A stretch of DNA of 33,009 nucleotides. Source: a virus (Duplodnaviria > Caudoviricetes). The stretch is from IMG/VR virus record IMGVR_UViG_3300037782_000064, positions 1 to 33,009 of that record; one strand, written 5' to 3'. The notes under the pieces are model-generated. The model made no database searches and had not been told where the DNA came from. It saw nothing but the letters and a program-made list of their open reading frames with translations. The translations under genes were made by a program, and so were the position numbers. Within the stretch, counting starts at the first letter, position 1. The number at the start of each line of letters is the position of its first letter. Below, one piece after another: positions 15,990 to 25,300 of this stretch.

Positions 15990-17867
15990 TCAAACATTCA
16001 CGACTTTGTTACCGAAATTCATCTGTTTGATGATATTGTTTCCTATTTGCCAGACCTTTGGCTCTACTGTTTGTATTTCTGGTTCTTCAAGTGTAACAAG
16101 AATTGCCCAATCTTCAGTGGTATTGTTTGGTGGTGGCCCCAACGATTCCGTTCCTGAAGAAACACTTGTTACCGAACCGTCTTGAAGTGGACCGCCATTC
16201 CTTGGGTCGTACCACTTAACATTGTAAGTCAGTCCGGATCCGCCTGTGGTTATGTTTGTAGTACCGCCATTTGGAAGATAAACTACATATTGTTTAGAGT
16301 CCCTTTTCATTGCCCAAGCACCAGAAAGGGAAACAATTGAGTCGTCTGGGTTCATCAACCAAAAGGGAAAGCTATTGAAGAAGTCAAGTGCCTTTTTAGC
16401 ATCCGCCCATTTGGTCGCCCTGGATCTATGATCTTCAGCGTTGAGGTCTGTTGTCCCTGTATTGTAGCCATAATAATACTCAACACCCCATCCACCACCC
16501 ATCAAAGTAGCCCACAAAGAGTTTTTTCTTGTTTCATCCCTGTTGTCCGCAACCGAACCACGTCCTAAATAATTCGAGTATGGATCATCTGCTGCAACAC
16601 CTACATTGGCAGGAACTTGTTCATCGTGTGCTATTGCCCATATCTTTCCATTTGCCTCTGAAGACGCCAGAAATGTCTCCAAACGGGATTTTATTCCATT
16701 AGTTCCAACCCCTTCAAAATCGCACTGGAAAGAACCCCCTGTATAGTCCGATTGATTTCCAACAAGGTCTGGGTAAACAGTAAGCAATTGGTCTGGAAAA
16801 GTATGCAATACCCTGTGGTGTTGGTAAGGGTCGTTGTCCTTGAAGAAGGTGGCCATTTCCTTTTGGAACGCTGTGCCCACGTTGCTTTCTTCCCCAAGGT
16901 TCCAGTTAATAGCAAGCAAATAGCCAAATCGAGCAATCATTTCACGGTAGTAAATTTTCCGTACCGTTGTCATACTGTTGCCGGTAACGTTAGAGTCGTT
17001 TTCGGTTTCATGTAATTTGAAATGAAGAAATATCCCTTTGGACTGTGCGTGGTCAAATACTATTTGCCATTGTGCCAACTTTGAGCAATCGTAAGTGGTT
17101 CGCGCTGCATCTGTTCCTGTCGAGGTAACAAGTTCAGAATATGTCCCAGAAGCCCAAGGCCAAACGTTATCACCATCACCGTCAACGTTCATCAATAGCA
17201 TGGATTGGGCATTTGCACCAACTGAATTCAAATAGTTCAATGCTCCTATAATTCCCCTTCCCTTATTGGTCTGCCATTCTGGATCTCCGCTTGACCAGTC
17301 TCCAACATGGGGCGTAAAATCCTTCAGTGGAGTGGAAGAACCTTGAACTGTATTATCGAACTCGTCATAAGCCAAAAAAGTCTCTGGCGAATCTGCTCCT
17401 GCCTTCAAGAAATATTCTCCTGACCCTTGGAACTGAAGATACCTCTGGTCAACGTATTGGAGCCTTCCCTTCGACCTAAAATCATTCGAGTCCTTATCCG
17501 TGTCCCCAACAGAAAAAGTACCAAACTCACCGTTAAATTCAGTGGCCGTTCCAGTTGATGGGCTTGCAGGATTTTCGGCTGCTATATCCGTTCCAGTCCT
17601 GAAACTTACGGAATAGTCCCAATTTCCAATCTCGTTTGGCGAAAAATCACAGAACCATTTGTTACCTGAAGTTGCACTTGTCTCTTCTGAATTTCCGTCT
17701 GCTGCAAAATAGCCGGGAACGACGAATATCTGGTTCGATGGACCCGTAAACGTCACGTTCATTCGATAGTCTTTGAAGGTACTCTCCTGTTCCGAAAACG
17801 ATGCTGTACTCGTACATTCGATCCTTACCTTGTGCCATATCTTCAATTCTCCTGTAACTGTTGCCAT
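15990..17867 (-). CDS. DUF5060 + TIM-barrel glycoside hydrolase-like + C-terminal beta-sandwich (Collagen_bind_2-like) protein
   Basis: GELKIWHK, PGYFAADG, KGRLQYV, FLKAGADSPE, YYREMIARF, NWNLGEE, HDEQ, GVEYYYGY, YVVYLPNGG, WYDPRNGG, DWAILV; no signal peptide. Confidence 0.85.
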   Translation of the reverse strand: MATVTGELKIWHKVRIECTSTASFSEQESTFKDYRMNVTFTGPSNQIFVVPGYFAADGNSEETSATSGNKWFCDFSPNEIGNWDYSVSFRTGTDIAAENPASPSTGTATEFNGEFGTFSVGDTDKDSNDFRSKGRLQYVDQRYLQFQGSGEYFLKAGADSPETFLAYDEFDNTVQGSSTPLKDFTPHVGDWSSGDPEWQTNKGRGIIGALNYLNSVGANAQSMLLMNVDGDGDNVWPWASGTYSELVTSTGTDAARTTYDCSKLAQWQIVFDHAQSKGIFLHFKLHETENDSNVTGNSMTTVRKIYYREMIARFGYLLAINWNLGEESNVGTAFQKEMATFFKDNDPYQHHRVLHTFPDQLLTVYPDLVGNQSDYTGGSFQCDFEGVGTNGIKSRLETFLASSEANGKIWAIAHDEQVPANVGVAADDPYSNYLGRGSVADNRDETRKNSLWATLMGGGWGVEYYYGYNTGTTDLNAEDHRSRATKWADAKKALDFFNSFPFWLMNPDDSIVSLSGAWAMKRDSKQYVVYLPNGGTTNITTGGSGLTYNVKWYDPRNGGPLQDGSVTSVSSGTESLGPPPNNTTEDWAILVTLEEPEIQTVEPKVWQIGNNIIKQMNFGNKVVNV

Positions 17868-18655
17868 TAATCCAAATTGTTAACTACTGTTGTGATTTCT
17901 GATAAAGTCAACTTCTTGCTAAAGTAAAGTACATGGGCGATTGAGCCCTCGAACTGAAAACCAATAGATGTGTCGTCTCCGTTCATCCTTGCACCAACTG
18001 AAATAGGGGCATCGTTTACTGATGTTCCAACCAATTCTCCGTTTGGGTGCTGTACTGTATTTGGGTCTTGCAATCCATCATCTTCATAGAAGTATTGCAA
18101 ATCATCGTAATAACCACTTCCATTTGCGGTGTTTCCTATGACAACTCCAAAGACTTTATTTGGCTCCAATGCTCCTGTACGGTCATATTGAGAATAGTGG
18201 TCAATACTGGAAACTGTACCAAAATTTCCTGCGATTATTCCGTCAGCAGTAATCTGTGCATTAAGCTGAAATTGCATATTGGTATTTCCAGAATAAGTCT
18301 TTGCAAAAACAGTTCCACTATCTCCTGCATCGTTACCAAGTTTTACAAGAATAGTAGCTTCATCGGATTGAGGCGTAAAATCAATTTCTGGGAACTCGCT
18401 TTCTGGAATAAAAAGTACGGAAGTTCCTGCAAATTGAACTTCCCTTTTGCCGCCCGTAATATCGAGCGTAGGTTGACCAACCTTACCATCAAAGACGTTT
18501 CCAGTAATCTTGCAAGTCCAAGAATTTACATTGTCGCCCTGCGTTGTGGCTGCTGCATCTATTCCGTCACGATCAAGCCACATTTCAAGATTTCCGATTG
18601 CTATTATCGGATCTGTAACTATTAACGCTTGTTGATCTTTTCGGAGTGTTTTCAT
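17867..18655 (-). CDS. LamG/concanavalin A-like lectin domain tail protein
   Basis: NLEMWLD...VNSW...PTL...VQF; ISVGAR...FEGSIAHVLYFSKKLTLSEI. Confidence 0.8.
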   Translation of the reverse strand: MKTLRKDQQALIVTDPIIAIGNLEMWLDRDGIDAAATTQGDNVNSWTCKITGNVFDGKVGQPTLDITGGKREVQFAGTSVLFIPESEFPEIDFTPQSDEATILVKLGNDAGDSGTVFAKTYSGNTNMQFQLNAQITADGIIAGNFGTVSSIDHYSQYDRTGALEPNKVFGVVIGNTANGSGYYDDLQYFYEDDGLQDPNTVQHPNGELVGTSVNDAPISVGARMNGDDTSIGFQFEGSIAHVLYFSKKLTLSEITTVVNNLD

Positions 18656-19440
18656 TATTGAGCCACGTATTTCTGAAGGTTTATCGCATCTACATAGATT
18701 TCACCAGAAGTGCTTTCAAACATTATTTCAACTCGAAGGTTCGATATGTCCTTTATAGTGTCCAAAACTACACTTTGCCAAGAAGACCCTGTTGAGTAAT
18801 TTTTTTCGATTGGGAAGGAACGGTAAACAATTCTTTCCTGTCCTTCAATTTCAACGAACAAAACTCTTCCAGAAGCAGAAGGACTTTTTGAAATATCCAT
18901 GGAAAAAAGATATATTCCAGATTCATTTACTGCTTCAAGTGATGAAAAAGCAAATCCGCCATTATTGCCAGGATCCAGTTCGAGGCCGTAATTTCCATCA
19001 GTTGATCTTCCAGTTACAGACAACCCAACTCCTTCTTCTGAAGACCAAGAAGTTGTTCCAGAGCCTTCATCACCTTTTTTTGATACATCTGGTATATTGT
19101 ATAGGTTTTCATCTAAAAGTACCAGAAATGACTTGTTTTCAACTGTGTCGGCCTGAATTGAGTCGATTATAGTATCGTTTTGAACCGAGTCCCTGTGTTG
19201 GATGATCGGATATGACCTTAGAACGTAATTGATGGAGTCCTTGTAAACACTTTCGCTCGTTTTTGAATTGTAATATTTAATCGAGTCGAATTTTTTCTGC
19301 CATTGAGAAGATACTTTGAGGTACAATTGCTCCATGTCCTCTGATTTCTGCCAAACATTGTTCGTTGATACTGTAAGGGCTATACACCCACCGATTGCAA
19401 CCAAAAGAGCTGCGATAAGAATTTTGGATAAATTGTTCAT
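18655..19440 (-). CDS. Membrane-anchored protein with a C-terminal CBM-like jelly roll
   Basis: N-terminal hydrophobic helix; GIYLFSMDI...WQSV...LRVEI...IYVDAINLQK. Confidence 0.55.
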   Translation of the reverse strand: MNNLSKILIAALLVAIGGCIALTVSTNNVWQKSEDMEQLYLKVSSQWQKKFDSIKYYNSKTSESVYKDSINYVLRSYPIIQHRDSVQNDTIIDSIQADTVENKSFLVLLDENLYNIPDVSKKGDEGSGTTSWSSEEGVGLSVTGRSTDGNYGLELDPGNNGGFAFSSLEAVNESGIYLFSMDISKSPSASGRVLFVEIEGQERIVYRSFPIEKNYSTGSSWQSVVLDTIKDISNLRVEIMFESTSGEIYVDAINLQKYVAQ

Positions 19441-19461
19441 GTCGTTTTGTTTTTACGCAAA

Positions 19462-21555
19462 TTACGTAATTCTTACGAACCAATAATCAACCGTTGATCC
19501 ATTGTATTCCAGTTCGAGGTACATATCTGTGTTCGCTTGAAAGTCTGGACAATAAAGTTTCCTTACCCCTGTGCCACCATCTATTGTAGGCTCGCTTGCT
19601 GCGTTGATCAAAACACGGGCTTTTCCACCAAGTTGTTTGTTAGCGGTCGTGTATGCAGTAGCACTGTTGGCTGAACCCATGTCCTTGTAGTTCATTCCAG
19701 TAGTGGAAAGGTCTATTACGGTTCCCCCTGAAGTAGCAACTGGTTCCGTTGGATTTACCGCGTCGGTTTTTATATACCAAACGTTGGCATCAACAGATCC
19801 GAGGGCATCAAATTGTGCAGTAGTACCTTTCCAGTAAGCCGTAATCAATTCAGGTGATCCGTCAATAGGTTTCAAAATTCCAGACTCCAAAGATTCAGCA
19901 GTAATAAAACCATCAGTATTTATGAGGGTTCTTATCGGTGTTTTGTCAAAATCTTGGTACTCCAACATAGGTTGGCTTCGAGCAATATCGGCTGTCTTTC
20001 TAATGACAATTTTCTTGGTATGCCTAAGCAACAATCTCAATCCTTCATCATCATCAGTAGCATATAAACTGCTCGCAAAGTCTATGGCAGAACCCGCGTC
20101 GTTTGATCCACCATGGATTACAGTGGTATGGTAACTTCTCATTACCGTACCATTGTTGAATTGGTTCTCGATGGTATTGTAAACATCACCAAAGGCCAAT
20201 CGAACACCCTCACCAACCGCGTTCATGTTTGTAAAACCGATAACCCTTGGGCTTCCCGCACTCGAACCGTTAACGCTAACTTCGAGGTTTCCAGTAAAAG
20301 GTACAGAACCGTCGCTCTTGACGTCCCCTGTCCCGGCAGAAACCCATTCGTAATTGTAATCGGTGTTATCGATTTTTGCAAGCACTTGTCCTGTTGTTCC
20401 GCCTGCGGGTGTCCCTATTCCGTCTGCTCCGTCATTTCCTGCGGGACCTTGCGGACCAACCAAGGAAGTTCCCGTTGGCCAAGAACCTGAAGCCTTCGGG
20501 CCAAATATTGTGTTTGTTGAGGTATTGATATAAAAATTTCCGTCGTTTCCTTCAGTTGTGGGATCTACTGAACCATAAAGAACTGCATTTCCATCTTGTC
20601 CGTCTGCTCCGTCGGCTCCGTCAGCCCCTATCAAAGAGGTTCCACTCCCCCAACTTCCTGAAGTTTTTGGACCAAAAATTTCATAGGAAGATACATTGAT
20701 GTAAAAATCACCGTCATTACCTTCAGTGGTCGGGTTTACTGAACCTGACAAAACACCGTTTCCGTCTGATCCATCCGCTCCATCCGCTCCAAGGTTGAAT
20801 ATCGCAGATCCCCAAGATCCTGAAGTCTTTGGGCCGTACATTTCTGAAGTGGCAGTGTTGATATAAAAATCACCGTCATTACCAATTCCGTTATCTGGAA
20901 CTGTTGTACCGTTCAATATTGTTTTTCCATCAGTTCCAGAAGCCCCCTGTGGACCAGTTGGACCCACTTCTCCCTGTGGGCCTTGCGCCCCTTCTGCTCC
21001 CTGTGGGCCTACCAAAGAGGTTCCAGATCCCCAAGAACCTGAAGTTTTTGGACCAAAAATCTCGTTGGAAGATGTATTTATGTAGAAATCACCATCTATG
21101 CCCTCTGTTGTTGGATTTACAGAACCATTTAGAACTGAATATCCCCTTGGGCCTTGTGTTCCCTGTGGGCCTTGTTCGCCTTGGATTCCCTGTTCGCCCT
21201 GTGGACCAGTCGGACCTATTGGGCCTTGTTCGCCCTGGATCCCTTGAATTCCCTGTTGTCCCTGTGGACCAGTGGCTCCCTGTGGACCCTGTGGACCTTG
21301 CGGACCAGTCGCGCCCTGCTCTCCCTGTAAAGGAAAAGGATTTCCCCAAAGACCATTTGTTTTTGGACCATACAAATTATGTGTATCGGTATCGATATAA
21401 AAATCGTTGTCCTGCCCTATGTTGGAAGCGGGTGCCCCCGTGCCGTTAAAAAGATCACCGTTTGATGGGTCTATTCCAGAACCAAAAGAGGCTCCCGACT
21501 CAAATATTTCAATGGTGATCACATCACCTTGCTCTGTAACTATTGTATTGGACAT
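19462..21555 (-). CDS. Collagen-like tail fibre protein
   Basis: Gly-X-Y tracts alternating with repeated knobs; [12 protein letters not shown] motif. Confidence 0.88.
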   Translation of the reverse strand: MSNTIVTEQGDVITIEIFESGASFGSGIDPSNGDLFNGTGAPASNIGQDNDFYIDTDTHNLYGPKTNGLWGNPFPLQGEQGATGPQGPQGPQGATGPQGQQGIQGIQGEQGPIGPTGPQGEQGIQGEQGPQGTQGPRGYSVLNGSVNPTTEGIDGDFYINTSSNEIFGPKTSGSWGSGTSLVGPQGAEGAQGPQGEVGPTGPQGASGTDGKTILNGTTVPDNGIGNDGDFYINTATSEMYGPKTSGSWGSAIFNLGADGADGSDGNGVLSGSVNPTTEGNDGDFYINVSSYEIFGPKTSGSWGSGTSLIGADGADGADGQDGNAVLYGSVDPTTEGNDGNFYINTSTNTIFGPKASGSWPTGTSLVGPQGPAGNDGADGIGTPAGGTTGQVLAKIDNTDYNYEWVSAGTGDVKSDGSVPFTGNLEVSVNGSSAGSPRVIGFTNMNAVGEGVRLAFGDVYNTIENQFNNGTVMRSYHTTVIHGGSNDAGSAIDFASSLYATDDDEGLRLLLRHTKKIVIRKTADIARSQPMLEYQDFDKTPIRTLINTDGFITAESLESGILKPIDGSPELITAYWKGTTAQFDALGSVDANVWYIKTDAVNPTEPVATSGGTVIDLSTTGMNYKDMGSANSATAYTTANKQLGGKARVLINAASEPTIDGGTGVRKLYCPDFQANTDMYLELEYNGSTVDYWFVRIT
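20457..21460 (-). repeat. Five ~43-aa knob repeats separated by collagen tracts
   Basis: LxGxxxP...GxDxDFYIxT...xGPKxxGxW present five times. Confidence 0.85.
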
Positions 21556-21902
21556 TTCTCGATATTTTTAGGATATGAAACAACTGGAAAGTTTCCCCCG
21601 ATATAGGTTTTCACGTCCCCGTCTGAATAGGTGATCGTTATATACCAAACGTACATTGCGGGAGTTAAGGAAAGGTCTTTTATTTCAGGAACCTGAATAA
21701 CACATTCTTCCTTGTCGATTATGCTGCAATTTCTTTGTAGCCAAATCCTTTTTGAATTGGGCCTTGTAACATAAAAAACAACAGTGGCCCCATCGAGATC
21801 CTGAAGAACGTTGTTCACGGTTCTCTTTATTGCCATCACCCTTGGTTCAAAGGTGTCTCCTGCTACTTGTGGCTGAAAGTGATATACGGCTGTGCTTGAC
21901 AT
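21540..21902 (-). CDS. BppU N-terminal-like baseplate/fibre adaptor
   Basis: GDTF...DLDGATVVF...Y.WYITITYSDGDVKTYIGGNF; start MSST (21902). Confidence 0.7.
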   Translation of the reverse strand: MSSTAVYHFQPQVAGDTFEPRVMAIKRTVNNVLQDLDGATVVFYVTRPNSKRIWLQRNCSIIDKEECVIQVPEIKDLSLTPAMYVWYITITYSDGDVKTYIGGNFPVVSYPKNIEKCPIQ

Positions 21903-21941
21903 AAAAAAAGGACTTTTCACCAAAGTTGGAGAAAAATCCTT
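21903..21941 (-). terminator. Intrinsic terminator after the lipoprotein gene
   Basis: AAGGATTTTTC...GAAAAGTCCTT followed by TTTTT. Confidence 0.8.
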
Positions 21942-21965
21942 ATGCGTTCAGGTTTGTGCCTTCGT

Positions 21966-22250
21966 TTATTCCGTAGTAAAAATATCTGCCGGCATACGTT
22001 CCCAATAATAAATCGTGTAATCGACCTCACTTCCTTCATCCCTGACTCCCTGAACAATAGTTTGGGTTTCTGGATAGTCGCAAGATGGTTCCGTGTCTGG
22101 TTCTTCAGGAAACTTTTGCCATATCATAACACCGCTTTCCCATCTTTCTATTTTGGTGTTCACCATTTCATAATATTGGCAGTCTTCCTCTTCCTTGGTA
22201 CAACTGAAGATGATCAAGGAAATCCCGATAAGCAAAAATATCTTTTTCAT
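21966..22250 (-). CDS. Small acidic lipoprotein (moron)
   Basis: MKKIFLLIGISLIIFS|CTKEEED lipobox with K/E-rich export signal; start moved to 22250. Confidence 0.85.
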   Translation of the reverse strand: MKKIFLLIGISLIIFSCTKEEEDCQYYEMVNTKIERWESGVMIWQKFPEEPDTEPSCDYPETQTIVQGVRDEGSEVDYTIYYWERMPADIFTTE

Positions 22251-22270
22251 GTCTCTTTGTTTTGATGTTC

Positions 22271-22302
22271 CAAAATTATAGCATAGAAACGGATTTTCCA
22301 AA
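22271..22302 (-). promoter_or_regulatory. Sigma-A type promoter of the lipoprotein gene
   Basis: TTTG-N20-TAATTTTG. Confidence 0.75.
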
Positions 22303-22308
22303 CAGTCA

Positions 22309-25300
22309 TTATTTGTACATACCGAGTGCTTGCCAGTAAACTCCGTCCCAAATGAACATCATTGCCTCTCCAACACTTCCTATTCCTCTCGAAGAGGTCT
22401 TGCTTCCATTGTAGTTTATAGTAGATCCATTTCCTTGAACAAAAACGCCACCGCCTTCAGACCTTACAACTATCACTATCCTTCCTATGTTTTTTGGATT
22501 GGGAAGGTAGATGTTTACAGAACCGCCAGTAGCCGTGCAAATGTGGATCATCTGTTCCGTAATCGAAACGCTCCCATTGTTCCTTGAAAGGTGTCCAGTA
22601 AATTCCGTGGCATAAAGCCCATGAAAATATCCACCGTATGAAGGCGCTCCGTTTGATCCGTAAGTATTGGTCGCCCTTCCAAACACTCCGACTACTGCCG
22701 AAAGTGAAGAGTATGCCGAAGGTGATAAGTTCCCGCTTACATCGGCCATGTATGCAGCCTTTATAGTCGAAACTCCATTGTTCTTTGTTTCCCCCGCCCA
22801 ATCTGCCCTAAAGCCAAGTCCTGACATTCTGACGAATTGGTTCGGTTGGGTTCCTATCATATCAACTTCTGCCGTTATCTGTCCGTTGTCACCGTCAAAT
22901 TTCATCGTGGAAGTCCTTGTAACTGATCCACCTGAAGATGTATAAACAGTTACACCGTCCGTTACAGTTATGATTCCTGAAGAACCATCCATCACCATTT
23001 TATTGACTCCCCCGTATGTGTTTTGAGAGGAAATCTTTGAACTTTTGATTATCCAGTTTCCTATATTGGCATTTTCAGCGAGCAATAAGTCGGTAGCAAC
23101 ACTCTGGAATGTTCCACCAAAATTTTCCCAATACCCAGAAATGTAACTGAAGTTCGTTGATCCATCTGGACCCTTGTAGATCAAATAGGAAGATCCGTAT
23201 TTGATAACGTCCCGCCTTAATGAGTTGTTGAAAAAAGGGGTTGTTGACCAAGTAGTAAAATCGCCTCTAAAAACTATGCTCGGGCCAGTGTCTCCATCCT
23301 GTCCATCTGATCCTGCCGGGCCTTGCGGGCCTGTTGGGCCAGTGTCTCCTTTTTGAGCGATTAAAGTCCAATCGTTAGGCGATAAAGCAGGGTCGTCATT
23401 AAAAGTCTCCCTTTTGGCAATATAGGAAGATCCGTATCGATTAACTACGCTTCCTCTTGGGTATGTTATTGCGCTATTCCATGTTCCTCTTGGAATAGGG
23501 CTGAAATCGTTTACTTTCTTAATCTCAATGCTATGAATTAGGAATATTCCTGAATTATTATTGTAATTAGCAAGAAACATCGGAGCAATATATTTAACGT
23601 CTTGATGCAAGGTAGCGGGGTCTTCTGGGCTTTGGTGTTCCCCGCCATTTCCACTTGCTGCAATTCCTTGGAAATATCCAATGTAGGTGGTTTGAGCACC
23701 TATTGACGGCTGCTCTGCTTGCGCTGCCACGTAATACTGTGAGCTGAATATATTATCTCCATTGGCATTAACAAAGTTTCCATTAGCATCAAATCCTGCT
23801 ACACCTAAATAACAACTACCCCCACCCGAATCACGAACAACTTTAAATGTGATTTGGTACAAATCTTCTGGGTCGTAAGCCAACCTTTTTTTGGACGTTG
23901 CCCAAACTTGGTCATTTCCCGAATTGTTTCCGATAATAATAGACTGACCACCGACAATAGCATATCCACCACTATAAAGTTTCAGTGCGCTTTCTGTTCC
24001 TGCATTGAACTCCCAACTTGCCCAAAAATCGATAAGGTCTTCATACTCGGTAAAATCATCATAGAAATATCCTGCTTGGATTGCGTCCTGACCCTTTGCG
24101 CCAGACAAAAAAGAAAGAAATCCAGTAAGTCCCCCCGTTGTGTTCTTTGCTTCCACTGCACACAAGAATACATCACTGCTTCTCAAAGTGAGGTTATAGG
24201 TTTCTGTATTACCGTTTCCATGGATTTTCCATGAAGAACCGTCCCAGATTACGGGAGCAATGTTGCCCGGCTGAAACAATGCAGGCGATTGTCCCATTCT
24301 TGAAGTCCATTCTTCATCAGACCAAAGAAGATAAAAAATACCTGAAGTACCCTCGCCAAAAGGTGTGTTTATAGTTTGCCTATAAAGTGAATTTACTTTT
24401 ACATTTTGTTTGGAGTCAACAAGTTTTTTCATCCTTACAAAAACTTCTCCTGTATTTGATGCGGTTTCAGATGAAGCGTCAAGTAATATATCGGCATCTG
24501 AATATCCACCTATCGTAGCGGGGTTTACGGGGTATGGTATAGATCCAAATCCGTCAGATCCATCTTCACCGTTCAATCCATCAACTCCATCTATTCCGTC
24601 TGCTCCTGCGGGACCTTGGGGACCTATTGGGCCAACGGGACCATCTTCACCGTCAAGACCTTCTGCGCCATTTACAAAGCCAACATATCCAGTAAGTCCA
24701 GAATTTAATCCAGAAGCCTCTATAACGCACAAAAATACGTCTGTGGGAAGAAGTGTTACGTCAGTATCGTTGCCTGCATTGTCAAACGCTTCCCAAGTGT
24801 TCGAGTCTTTTGGCCTTACTGGAACAAAATAGTTGTTGTCACTGAAACTTAAAGAAGGAAATCTTGAAGATACCAACTCTTCAGAATACATGAGGTAAAA
24901 CTTCCCTATTGCTCCTTCACCGTATGGCGTGTAAACAGTATTGTCTTGGTATTGGGCAGAGAAGTTTATCAAGGTGCCATCTGGTTTTATAAATCTTGTC
25001 ACCTGAACCCTTACTTCCCCTGTATTCGTAGAACCGCCTTCCTGTGCGTCAAGTGTGAATGTAAAGTCTCCCTTACCACCAAACTGTGCCGGACTAATAT
25101 CGATTTCGATGGATCCAATTGCGCTCTTCCCATCAATACCGTCAATACCGTCTGCCCCTGCTGCTCCCTGTGGACCTATTTCGCCAGTTGGACCAGGATC
25201 TCCCTGTGGCCCTTGATCGCCTTGATTGGCAAAAATCTTCCAATTGTTGGTGTTCGTTGGATGGACTCCTTGCGTTGATCCTTGACCAATCCTAATGTAA

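Noticed and set aside
20457-21460. Tail fibre repeats as a DGR template/variable repeat pair
   Set aside because: No reverse transcriptase in the window; the repeats are in-frame coding and differences do not appear adenine-specific
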